Assembly (NCBI GenBank): GCA_017503865.1
Contig: JAFVSI010000019.1
Span: 850 to 64,849 of the forward strand
Direction of reading: 5' to 3'
DNA: 64,000 nt
DNA from: Clostridia bacterium
Lineage (GTDB): Bacteria; Bacillota; Clostridia; Oscillospirales; CAG-272
The notes beneath the pieces were generated by a model. That model was given only the letters and a program-made list of their open reading frames with translations, was not told the origin of the DNA and did no database searches. The translations under genes and the position numbers were made by a program. Below are positions 1 to 8,214 of this stretch, one piece after another (within the stretch, counting starts at the first letter, position 1; every line of letters starts with the position of its first letter).

Positions 1-229
1 CAAGCTCTATTTCGGCACCGTGCTCAAGCACCTGATCGAGCATCATCGTTGCAAGCTCGTTCCCGCTGATAGCAAGCTGTGTGGGGTAGTTTTCAACTCT
101 CGGCGAATAGGTTATCTGACCGCCAAAGTTTTCCTTTTCGATAAGAAGCACCTTTTTATCGGCTCTGAGAGCATATATAGCCGCGGTAAGACCTGCTGGA
201 CCTGCTCCGACAATTATAATATCATACAT
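1..229 (-). CDS. trxB: Thioredoxin reductase-family FAD-dependent disulfide reductase (5' part, runs off window start)
   Basis: Not in the ORF track. Manual minus-strand translation from ATG at 229 gives MYDIIIVGAGPAGLTAAIYALRADKKVLLIEKENFGGQITYSPRVENYP (GxGxxG, GGQ, VENYP motifs), with an AAGGAG RBS upstream. Confidence 0.85.
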   Translation of the reverse strand, partial: MYDIIIVGAGPAGLTAAIYALRADKKVLLIEKENFGGQITYSPRVENYPTQLAISGNELATMMLDQVLEHGAEIEL

Positions 230-251
230 ACGTATAGTCTCCTTTACTAAT

Positions 252-279
252 GCGGAGCCGTAAAATGTTACGGCTCCGC
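252..279 (-). other. Stem-loop between nrdD and trxB without a U-tract
   Basis: GCGGAGCCGTAA-aatg-TTACGGCTCCGC is a perfect 12-bp inverted repeat. No poly-U follows on the minus strand. Confidence 0.6.
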
Positions 280-289
280 TTGTTGCAGC

Positions 290-2686
290 TTATTTGTTTG
301 CTTCGATGAACTTCTTGATGTTGTTTTTCTCAACCTTCTCAAAGCTATCGCCGTTATCAATTACAAGTACGGGAACTGCACCCTTGACATTGTACTTTAA
401 CGCAGTCTCGGGATCCTTGTCTGCATATACCTTTTCGAAGGTGTAGCCTGCATCTTCAAGGAGCTTTGCGGCTACCTTGCAGTTGGGGCAAGTGGTCGTT
501 GCTATGAGAACAAGCTTTGCTCCCTCTGCCTTGCAAGTACACTCGTCAGCCTTCTCAGCCTTCTTCATAGGTGTATTGTCATAAAGGTCGGCGCTGAGTC
601 CGCGATTGCTGAGAGAAGTGGGAATATCGTAAAGCTTACGCTCCTTATATTCCTGCGACTTACCGTCGTTCCAGTTCTGAACGGGACGGTAGTAACCTGT
701 GATACGGCTGTATACCTCGGTCTTTTCTCCGCAGTGAGGACAAGTGAAGTGCTCACCTGTGAGGTAACCGTGCTTTTGACATACAGAGTATGTGGGAGAG
801 AGTGTGTAGTAGGGAAGCTTGTAATTTTCCGCAATCTTTCTTACGATGTTAGCGGCAGCCTTCCAGTCGGGAAGCTTTTCGCCGAGGAATGCGTGGAATA
901 CTGTTCCCGATGTGTAGAGAGTCTGGAGCTCGTCCTGAATATCAAGAGCATCGAAGATGTCCGCAGTGTAGGAAACGGGAAGGTGAGAGGAGTTGGTGTA
1001 GAAAGGAGTCTCGCCCTTCTTTGCGGCGGTGATGATCTCGGGGAATCTCTTAACGTCGTGCTTTGCAAATCTATATGTTGTAGATTCTGCGGGAGTAGCT
1101 TCGAGGTTGTAGAGGTCGCCGTATTTCTCCTGGTAGTCGGAGAGACGCTCACGCATGTGGTTGAGAACGTTCTTTGTGAATTCCTGAGTCTTTTCGTTTG
1201 TAAGGTCTGCACGGAGCCACTTAGCATTGAGACCGACCTCGTTCATACCGATAAGACCAATGGTAGAGAAGTGGTTGTTAAATGTTCCGAGGTATCTCTT
1301 GGTATAGGGATAAAGTCCCTCGTCAAGAAGCTTTGTGATGATAGTTCTCTTTATCTTGAGTGAACGAGCCGAAATGTCCATAAGGCGGTCGAGACGGGCG
1401 TAGAAGTCAGCCTCATCTTCAGCAAGATATGCGATTCTCGGCATATTGATAGTTACAACGCCGACAGAACCTGTGCTCTCACCGGAACCGAAGAAGCCAC
1501 CCGACTTCTTGCGAAGCTCACGAAGGTCAAGACGGAGACGGCAGCACATACTACGAACGTCGCTGGGCTCCATATCGGAGTTGATGTAGTTAGAGAAGTA
1601 AGGAGTACCGTACTTTGAGGTCATTTCGAAGAGAAGACGGTTGTTTTCTGTGTCGGACCAGTCAAAGTCAGCGGTGATGGAATAGGTGGGGATAGGATAC
1701 TGGAATCCGCGTCCGTTGAAGTCGCCCTCGATCATAGTCTCGATGAACGCCTTGTTTATCATATCCATTTCCTTCTTACAGTCCTTGTACTTGAAGTCCA
1801 TTTCCTTGCCGCCAACGATAGCGTTCTGCTCAGCAAGGTCAGCGGGAACTGTCCAGTCAAGAGTGATGTTCGAGAAAGGAGCCTGTGTACCCCAACGGGA
1901 AGGCGTGTTTACACCGAAAATGAAGGATTCGATGCACTTCTTGACCTGGTCGTAGTTGAGGTTATCAACCTTTACGAAGGGAGCAAGATAGGTGTCAAAG
2001 GACGAGAATGCCTGAGCACCTGCCCACTCGTTCTGCATAATACCGAGGAAGTTTACCATCTGGTTGCAGAGGGTTGCGAGGTGGCTTGCGGGGGCGGAAG
2101 TGATCTTGCCGGTTACACCGCCGAGACCTTCCTGAATGAGCTGCTTGAGCGACCAACCTGCACAGTAGCCTGTGAGCATCGAAAGGTCGTGAATGTGAAT
2201 ATCTGCGTTTCTGTGTGCGTTAGCTATCTCATCGTCATAAATTTCGGAGAGCCAGTAGTTAGCTGTGATAGCTCCCGAGTTTGAAAGGATAAGACCTCCG
2301 ACCGAGTAAGTAACGGTTGAGTTTTCCTTAACTCTCCAGTCGGTTACCTTAACGTAAGAGTCAACAATTTCCTTGTAGTCAAGGATCGTAGACTTCATAT
2401 TACGGAGTTTTTCTCTCTGTCTACGGTAAAGAATGTAAGCCTTAGCAACGTCGGAATATCCTGCCTGAACGAGAACGTTCTCAACACAGTCCTGAATATC
2501 CTCGACAGCTATGAGCCCTTCCTTTATCTTGGGCTCAAACTCAGCCGTTACCTTGAGGGCGAGAAGATCTATTACGCTGGGATGATAGTTTTTTTCCTGA
2601 GCTTCGAAAGCGAGCTTTATAGCTTCGCTGATTTTTTCAAGATTGAAATCGACGACTTTGCCGTCTCTTTTTAGTACGTGATACAT
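290..2686 (-). CDS. nrdD: Anaerobic (class III) ribonucleoside-triphosphate reductase with N-terminal ATP-cone and C-terminal glutaredoxin/NrdH-like domain
   Basis: VLKRDG ATP-cone start, SMCCRL finger loop, NLEATPAES, CxxH/CxxC Zn site, YSRITGYYRPV glycyl-radical loop, and C-terminal TCPNC...VPVL redoxin motifs. Confidence 0.96.
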   Translation of the reverse strand: MYHVLKRDGKVVDFNLEKISEAIKLAFEAQEKNYHPSVIDLLALKVTAEFEPKIKEGLIAVEDIQDCVENVLVQAGYSDVAKAYILYRRQREKLRNMKSTILDYKEIVDSYVKVTDWRVKENSTVTYSVGGLILSNSGAITANYWLSEIYDDEIANAHRNADIHIHDLSMLTGYCAGWSLKQLIQEGLGGVTGKITSAPASHLATLCNQMVNFLGIMQNEWAGAQAFSSFDTYLAPFVKVDNLNYDQVKKCIESFIFGVNTPSRWGTQAPFSNITLDWTVPADLAEQNAIVGGKEMDFKYKDCKKEMDMINKAFIETMIEGDFNGRGFQYPIPTYSITADFDWSDTENNRLLFEMTSKYGTPYFSNYINSDMEPSDVRSMCCRLRLDLRELRKKSGGFFGSGESTGSVGVVTINMPRIAYLAEDEADFYARLDRLMDISARSLKIKRTIITKLLDEGLYPYTKRYLGTFNNHFSTIGLIGMNEVGLNAKWLRADLTNEKTQEFTKNVLNHMRERLSDYQEKYGDLYNLEATPAESTTYRFAKHDVKRFPEIITAAKKGETPFYTNSSHLPVSYTADIFDALDIQDELQTLYTSGTVFHAFLGEKLPDWKAAANIVRKIAENYKLPYYTLSPTYSVCQKHGYLTGEHFTCPHCGEKTEVYSRITGYYRPVQNWNDGKSQEYKERKLYDIPTSLSNRGLSADLYDNTPMKKAEKADECTCKAEGAKLVLIATTTCPNCKVAAKLLEDAGYTFEKVYADKDPETALKYNVKGAVPVLVIDNGDSFEKVEKNNIKKFIEANK

Positions 2687-2692
2687 ATTTTC

Positions 2693-2887
2693 CTCCTATA
2701 TATTGTGTTTTTTTGATTTTTGAGTGAGCATATATAGTATAAACCATATAAAGACATTTGTCAATTGTGAGATGTTACAATATATCGGTTGAAATATTGT
2801 CAAAAATCACTATATCTTGTCTAAAAAATAAAAAACAAGCACCAAATCTTGTGCGGTTTGCCCTAAAATCTACATTATATATAGTGT
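2693..2887. promoter_or_regulatory. Array of six NrdR-box-like 16-mers upstream of nrdD
   Basis: Boxes start at 2693 CTCCTATATATTGTGT, 2725 TGAGCATATATAGTAT, 2775 TTACAATATATCGGTT, 2807 TCACTATATCTTGTCT, 2839 GCACCAAATCTTGTGC and 2872 ACATTATATATAGTGT. They resemble acaCwAtATaTwGtgt and show 32-33 bp spacing within each group. Confidence 0.8.
2736..2764 (-). promoter_or_regulatory. Sigma-A promoter of nrdD
   Basis: Minus strand TTGACA-17nt-TATACT. The -10 overlaps the NrdR-like box at 2725-2740. Confidence 0.75.
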
Positions 2888-2976
2888 TTGTTGCACAAGA
2901 AAATTGAGACAAACTGTATAATATTAAATAAATATTGTAAAAAAGAGATAAAAAACAAAAAAATTTCAAATAGGTA

Positions 2977-3005
2977 TTGCAATTTATGAAATTATGTGGT
3001 AAAAT
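2977..3005 (+). promoter_or_regulatory. Sigma-A promoter of first surface-protein gene
   Basis: TTGCAA-17nt-TAAAAT with extended TG. Confidence 0.6.
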
Positions 3006-3117
3006 ACCTTTAGGTTTGGGGTAGCTATGCCCTCGTAAGGACGGGGATGTGGTACTTCTGCTTAATTATCAGTTAATAATTTGCGAATAGCAAACAATGA
3101 AAGAGAGGAACTTTTTT

Positions 3118-4254
3118 ATGAAGAAAATTCTCGTTGCGATCGCTTTGGTGATCGTTTTGACAACTCTTGCAGTGCTTCCTACTTTTGCTGCAGACAATGC
3201 AAAGGTTAGCGTTGAAGAGCTTATCAAGTGGAACGTACTCGGTGAAAACGATATTCACTACGTTGGTGCTCCCACAACAACACCTCCTACACAGGACGGT
3301 AGTATCAAAAAGGGTGAGTATTCCTACTCCTTCCGTGCAACCGATCCCATCTTCCAGTGCACAACTGACCACAACTATAACAAGATAGCTTACAATCCCT
3401 TGACGGATTTCAGCTCCAACTACGTAGAGTACTACATCTCCTACGATGCTGATTACATATACTTCGGTATTTACGATGACCAGAGCGTACAGTGCGGAAG
3501 CTCTGTCAACTTCTTCTTCAAGTACGGTATCGACCCCGAGGACGTTTCTTACGCCAACCTTATCGGTCCTTCTACACAGATCGTTAACAGAGGTAAGGAT
3601 TTTGCTGACTTCTACAAGGGTTCTTCGGGTGACGCAAGATACGTTTCTGTAAACGGTAAGTCAATTAAGTACATCGAGGTTGCTGACGGTATGTCCGGCG
3701 ACGACGGTTACGGTGCTTACGACTCTGTTTATGAGTTTAAGATCAATAGAGCGGACGCTAAGGAAATATACAACGGTCTCAAGGGTACGGGATTTGTAGA
3801 TAATCCTAAGGTCTTCTATGCAACGACCTACTGCTTGCAGTACGGTAAGGATCAGGTTAAGTCCTGCTACCGTTGGTGCGGTAGAGAGCTTACAAACGTT
3901 GAGAAGCTCAACCTCGGTGCAAGCATAGACTTTATTCCTCTTATCTTCGTTCTTGCTGAAGAAGGCTCTGACTTCCTCGGAAACGGTGCTCTTGAGGTTC
4001 CTACAAAGCCCGCTGAGACTGAGGCTCCTACAACCGAAGCACCCACAACCGCTCCCGAGACAGAGGCTCCTACAACCGAGGCGCCTACAACCGCTCCCGA
4101 GACAGAGGCTCCTACAACCGCTCCTGTAACTGAGGCTCCCACAACTGAGGCTCCTGATGAGGGTGGATGCGGATCTTCCGTAGCAGCTATGGGCATCGCT
4201 CTCGTAGCAGTTCTTGGAACTTGTGCAGTAGTAGTTTCCAAGAAAGAAGACTGA
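3118..4254 (+). CDS. Secreted surface protein: DOMON/CBM9-like domain, EAPTT linker, GGCGSS-TM-KK C-terminus
   Basis: Signal peptide MKKILVAIAL...TFA; PTQDGSIKKGEY and SYDADYIYFGI resemble CBM9/DOMON-like motifs; Pro/Thr repeats; C-terminal hydrophobic helix plus KKED. Start placed at ATG 3118 after GAGAGG. Confidence 0.75.
   Translation: MKKILVAIALVIVLTTLAVLPTFAADNAKVSVEELIKWNVLGENDIHYVGAPTTTPPTQDGSIKKGEYSYSFRATDPIFQCTTDHNYNKIAYNPLTDFSSNYVEYYISYDADYIYFGIYDDQSVQCGSSVNFFFKYGIDPEDVSYANLIGPSTQIVNRGKDFADFYKGSSGDARYVSVNGKSIKYIEVADGMSGDDGYGAYDSVYEFKINRADAKEIYNGLKGTGFVDNPKVFYATTYCLQYGKDQVKSCYRWCGRELTNVEKLNLGASIDFIPLIFVLAEEGSDFLGNGALEVPTKPAETEAPTTEAPTTAPETEAPTTEAPTTAPETEAPTTAPVTEAPTTEAPDEGGCGSSVAAMGIALVAVLGTCAVVVSKKED
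4014..4155 (+). repeat. Tandem (T)EAPTT(AP) coding repeats
   Basis: Repeated gaggctcctacaacc units encoding TEAPTTEAPTTAPETEAPTT... Confidence 0.85.
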
Positions 4255-4318
4255 TTTAATACATATATAATAATGTAGAGAATCGGAGCTTCAAAAAGTT
4301 CCAATATCAGAATTGTGG

Positions 4319-4350
4319 CGAAACCGCCACGAAAAAGAGTGGCGGTTTCG
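4319..4350. terminator. Probable terminator hairpin
   Basis: CGAAACCGCCAC-gaaaaaga-GTGGCGGTTTCG inverted repeat; the U-tract is weak. Confidence 0.5.
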
Positions 4351-4517
4351 TTCAGCAAGATATATACATATAATATATTGTAGCTTTTGGATTTTGATAG
4401 AAGATGCAAAAATTGCTTTTTGCTAAAGAAAAAGCGGTTTGCGTTGCATAATTTATCCAATTACGAACGGGTTTTGAAAAAAATCTAAAAAAAATTAAAA
4501 AATTTTTGTATTTCCTA

Positions 4518-4546
4518 TTGCAAAATTCAAAATAGTGTGATACAAT
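4518..4546 (+). promoter_or_regulatory. Sigma-A promoter of second surface-protein gene
   Basis: TTGCAA-17nt-TACAAT with extended TG, the same layout as the promoter at 2977. Confidence 0.6.
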
Positions 4547-4652
4547 ATGTTTAACTTGGGGGGTAATGGCGTCCCAGGTATCGTTTTGAAAATTATTTAA
4601 ATATAATTTTAATAAAATTACCAATGAAAAAATGAAAGTGAGGAAAACTTTT

Positions 4653-5603
4653 ATGAAGAAAATTATTGTTGCAATCGCTATGTTGCTCGTAGCAACTCTT
4701 GCAATTTCCGTTTCCGCAGCTACCGCTGCTGACTTCGGTGCAGAGACATACTACCTCGGCAACCCTGTAAAGACAGCTCCCGTTCTTGACGCTACATTCG
4801 GTGCAAACGAGTACACTGTTACATATACTCTCGATAAGGGTATATACCTTGATGCAGCTGGAAACGTTCTTACAACTCCCGCTGATGCATCCGCTCTTAC
4901 ATCCGCTGTTAAGGTTGGTGTAGCATACGACGTTGAGAACCTCTACGTTGCTATCGAGTCCACACTCGCAGCTAACGTTGCTTCTGCTGAGTATGCAATT
5001 ACTAGCACTATCGGCACTCTTCCCAGCTTCAACGAGGCAAATGCTGAGGCTAAGAAGGTAGCTTACAAGACCGCTGACGGCAAGTTCGTTGGTGAGCTCG
5101 TATTCGACCTTGACAATGACGATGCTTCTGCTTACGGTAAGACCTTTACGCTTGCAATCCGCGAGACAACAAAGAATGCTGAGGGTGCAACTCTCAATGT
5201 TGCTGATTGGAACAAGATTGCTTTGACTTCTGGTCAGGAGTTCGAGATGAATGGTGCAGATACACTTACACACACATTCGTTCTCGGTTCTGAGGCTACT
5301 CTTGGTGACAAGGTAACTGTTGAGCAGGAACCCGTTGGTGTTCCCGGTCAGACACTTCCCGTTGTAACTGAGGCTCCCACAACTGAGGCTCCCACAACAG
5401 CTCCCGAGACTGAGGCTCCTACAACTGATGCTCCCACAACAGCTCCCGAGACTGAGGCTCCTACAACCGCTCCTGTAACTGAGGCTCCCACAACTGAGGC
5501 TCCTGAAGAGGGTGGATGTGGTTCTTCCGTAGCAGCTATGGGTATTGCTCTCGTAGCAGCTCTTGGAACTTGCGCAGTAGTAGTTTCCAAGAAAGAGGAC
5601 TAA
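4653..5603 (+). CDS. Secreted surface protein: DOMON/CBM9-like domain, EAPTT linker, GGCGSS-TM-KK C-terminus (paralog of 3118-4254)
   Basis: Signal peptide MKKIIVAIAM...VSA; APVLDATFGANEY and AYDVENLYVAI motifs; C-terminal ~50 aa nearly identical to the upstream gene. Confidence 0.75.
   Translation: MKKIIVAIAMLLVATLAISVSAATAADFGAETYYLGNPVKTAPVLDATFGANEYTVTYTLDKGIYLDAAGNVLTTPADASALTSAVKVGVAYDVENLYVAIESTLAANVASAEYAITSTIGTLPSFNEANAEAKKVAYKTADGKFVGELVFDLDNDDASAYGKTFTLAIRETTKNAEGATLNVADWNKIALTSGQEFEMNGADTLTHTFVLGSEATLGDKVTVEQEPVGVPGQTLPVVTEAPTTEAPTTAPETEAPTTDAPTTAPETEAPTTAPVTEAPTTEAPEEGGCGSSVAAMGIALVAALGTCAVVVSKKED
5368..5505 (+). repeat. Tandem (T)EAPTT(AP) coding repeats
   Basis: Repeated actgaggctcccaca units. 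Confidence 0.85.
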
Positions 5604-5635
5604 TTTAGATTAGTGTCTAAAACAATAAAAATTTC

Positions 5636-5668
5636 AGGGCAGCTCAAATGAACTGCCCTGTTTTTTTT
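5636..5668 (+). terminator. Rho-independent terminator
   Basis: CAGGGCAG...CTGCCCTG followed by T8. Confidence 0.8.
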
Positions 5669-5675
5669 GCATTAG

Positions 5676-5710
5676 AAGAAAAGGAGATGCAGACTGCATC
5701 TCCTTTTCTT
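5676..5710 (-). terminator. Rho-independent terminator of nrdG
   Basis: AAGAAAAGGAGATGCAG-a-CTGCATCTCCTTTTCTT is a perfect inverted repeat. Confidence 0.75.
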
Positions 5711-5715
5711 GTTAT

Positions 5716-6414
5716 TTAAACTCCTCTTAATTGAACGTTTGGTACGTATGGCTTAACTATAGAAAGTATTTCTTCCATCTCATCTTTGTTGTAAGCCGAG
5801 AAGTTATCGTTAGCAATTAGATCTCCTGAATCTTTAAACTGTTGAAGAAAGTATTTGTTTGCTCCGCTTATCCACTTTCCTATTGAATTAAAATCGTCGT
5901 AGCTGTGAAGCTCGCGTACAACCGTTGTTCTGAACTCATATTCGCAAACACCTGTAAGAAGAAAATCAACGCTTTTGCGAACGTCATTCAAGTATTTATC
6001 CATATCGATTCCGCAAATGAGCGAGTATTTATCCTCAGCACCCTTAATATCCATAGCGACGTAGTCGACGAGATTTTCGTTAACAAGCTCTATGAGCATT
6101 TTTGAGTTAGAACCGTTGGTGTCAAGCTTAACAGCGTAGCCAAGATCCTTAATTTGCTTTATAAAATCCTTAATGTCCTTTTGTAAAAGAGGCTCTCCGC
6201 CGGTTACGCAAACTCCGTCAAGAATACCCTGGCGTTTCCTTAAATAGTCAAATAAAGCATCAATATTTACGGTATCAGAATTATCGTTTTTAGTTACGAG
6301 GGATGCATTGTGGCAAAATGGGCAACGGAAATTGCAGCCCGAAGTAAACACAGTACAAGCAACCTTTGTAGGAAAATCAAGTAGTGTGGTTTTTTGTAAT
6401 CCTTTTATTATCAT
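5716..6414 (-). CDS. nrdG: Anaerobic ribonucleotide reductase activating enzyme (radical SAM)
   Basis: GLQKTTLLDFP...GCNFRCPFCHN (CxxxCxxC), TGGEP, KLDTNGS, YEFRTT. Confidence 0.92.
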   Translation of the reverse strand: MIIKGLQKTTLLDFPTKVACTVFTSGCNFRCPFCHNASLVTKNDNSDTVNIDALFDYLRKRQGILDGVCVTGGEPLLQKDIKDFIKQIKDLGYAVKLDTNGSNSKMLIELVNENLVDYVAMDIKGAEDKYSLICGIDMDKYLNDVRKSVDFLLTGVCEYEFRTTVVRELHSYDDFNSIGKWISGANKYFLQQFKDSGDLIANDNFSAYNKDEMEEILSIVKPYVPNVQLRGV

Positions 6415-6458
6415 ATCTTTATTTCTCTTGCTTTTTGATTATTTTGTCGTGATAAAAA

Positions 6459-7907
6459 TTAGTATCCGTTGTAGTGGAACCGTTTGATTATAGTTGGGTA
6501 GTCCTTATATGCGAGATTGAGGTCAAAAGGCTCTGTAAAGCCATCAAAAGAGCCCTCGTCTGTGTATTGCCAAACTCCCATTGTCGTACCGTATTTAGTA
6601 AGATTCCATTCTGGAGAAGCGATATTATCGGCTGATACGTATCTTGCGTACCATATGTCATACTTGTTTACAATAGTTTCCTTCACAAAAAAGTTTTCAA
6701 GCCAATTGTTGTTTGTATATATAGCAGCGAAATATCCGTCAGCTTGTAGCTTTTCAACGAACGCTGCACACATCTCAGTTAAAAGCTCCTTTCCGAGAGC
6801 CTCGCCAAGCTCGGCTTTTTCAAAGTCAAGATAAACGGGGTATTCAAACTTTTTGTTTTCAATAATCTTCTTGAGGTTTTCTGCGTGCTCAAGCATTTCC
6901 TCAACGCCCGTTGCCTCAACGTAGTAATAGACGCCGAGCTCAATACCCGCCGCACGTGCTTTGGTGTAATTTATGTCGAAGAAAACGTCCTCCCCCGTTT
7001 TAGATGAGCCTGCTCTGATGATGGCAAAGTCAACACCGTTTGCCGCGAGAGTATTGAAGTTCAGTTCGCCGTTGTACGAGGAAACATCTATGCCCTTTGC
7101 GATAGGTGTTGAATTGTTTACGTAAGCACCGGTAAAAATAGCATATGAATACTCGTAATTTGATTTGTAGTTATAATCGCAATATTTGCAATCGTTTAAG
7201 GTGTATCCGTCTGCCGAGCTTGTGGCACGGATAATTTTAGCCGTATATGAATGTCCTGTGGGTTCGGTATAATCGGTAATAACCGACTTTCCGCACACTG
7301 TACAGCTTTTTGTTGTAAAGCCTTCTTCTTCGCAGGTAGGACTTGTTATGACCTCTGTAAAAACGTGTGCCTTAGCTGAAATGTAATCCGCCTTGTAGGC
7401 GAAAGAACAATTTTCGCACGCGTAGTTTACGTAACCTTCTTTTTCGCAGGTGGGGTTTACTACAGTTTCCTTGATGCTGTGGGGAAGCGAGGGCAGGGGA
7501 TTTGTGGTAGCTTCATATTCACAAAGAGAACACTCGTTTATCGTGTATCCCGCAGACTTGCAGGTAGGAGTAACGGTGGTAAGTGTTATCGTATGTTCGA
7601 CTATTGAGGTTGGCTCACTAATATAGCTGTAATCGCACTTCTTACATTTGTTGAGCGTATATCCCGCCTCGGTGCAGGTAGGCTCGATCAGCGTTTTTGT
7701 AAGGTCATGCGGCTCGGGAGCAACAAAATCCGATTCGAAAGAAAAAGAGCAATCAACGCAAGTAAATACCGAATATCCACGTTCTCCGCAAGAGGGCGGA
7801 ATAACCATCTCGCTCATATCTCTATGTCTGCACTCACCGTTGCAGGATGAAAAAAGAAAAATAAGCAAGAGCAAAAGAAAGAAAATTTTTATGAATTTTA
7901 ATTTCAT
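6459..7907 (-). CDS. Lipoprotein GH25 lysozyme/muramidase with six Cys/His-rich repeats
   Basis: Lipobox LFSSC; repeats PTCxxxGYxxxxCxxC; C-terminal GIDVSSY, YLDFE, WYARY and WQY GH25 motifs. Confidence 0.85.
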   Translation of the reverse strand: MKLKFIKIFFLLLLLIFLFSSCNGECRHRDMSEMVIPPSCGERGYSVFTCVDCSFSFESDFVAPEPHDLTKTLIEPTCTEAGYTLNKCKKCDYSYISEPTSIVEHTITLTTVTPTCKSAGYTINECSLCEYEATTNPLPSLPHSIKETVVNPTCEKEGYVNYACENCSFAYKADYISAKAHVFTEVITSPTCEEEGFTTKSCTVCGKSVITDYTEPTGHSYTAKIIRATSSADGYTLNDCKYCDYNYKSNYEYSYAIFTGAYVNNSTPIAKGIDVSSYNGELNFNTLAANGVDFAIIRAGSSKTGEDVFFDINYTKARAAGIELGVYYYVEATGVEEMLEHAENLKKIIENKKFEYPVYLDFEKAELGEALGKELLTEMCAAFVEKLQADGYFAAIYTNNNWLENFFVKETIVNKYDIWYARYVSADNIASPEWNLTKYGTTMGVWQYTDEGSFDGFTEPFDLNLAYKDYPTIIKRFHYNGY

Positions 7908-7977
7908 ATTTTTCTCCTTATATTGTGGATACCGGTTCGTGCATTGATTGCTCCGTTCCGATTATTTGATTATTCTA

Positions 7978-8214
7978 TTATGCCTGAAGCAAAATGTAAA
8001 GAACAACGGAAAGAACTGCAAAAGCAATAGAGAGAACCGTTGTAATTGTGTTGAGCTGTGCGTCAAGCTTAGCCTTCTTTGACTTGCCGCCAAAGTTGTC
8101 AGCTCCGCCTGTGATAGAGCTCGAAAGTCCCTTTTCCTTTCCGGACTGGAAAAGAACAGCAACAATGAGGACGATAGCCATAACAATAATCAAAATACCA
8201 AGGATAATTTCCAT
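7978..8214 (-). CDS. secG: Preprotein translocase subunit SecG
   Basis: Two TM helices flanking VLFQSGKEKGLSSSITGGADNFGGK. Start moved to ATG 8214 after the GGAGG RBS. Confidence 0.9.
   Translation of the reverse strand: MEIILGILIIVMAIVLIVAVLFQSGKEKGLSSSITGGADNFGGKSKKAKLDAQLNTITTVLSIAFAVLSVVLYILLQA

Noticed and set aside
20-250. 76-aa plus-strand ORF in the track
   Set aside because: The opposite strand encodes a clear TrxB N-terminus.
734-1363. Antisense or alternate-frame ORFs over nrdD, pckG, ftsZ, typA, mfd and the surface-protein genes
   Set aside because: They overlap well-supported genes and have no motifs; these are shadow ORFs.
4014-4155. Repeats here and at 5368-5505 as a possible CRISPR array
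   Set aside because: They are in-frame coding Pro/Thr repeats without unique spacers, and no cas genes are present.
4355-4385. Additional NrdR-like words between the surface genes and at about 7914-7930
   Set aside because: They are single, degenerate matches in AT-rich DNA without the 32-bp paired spacing.
6459-7907. GH25 gene as a phage endolysin
   Set aside because: It has a lipoprotein signal and no holin or phage context.
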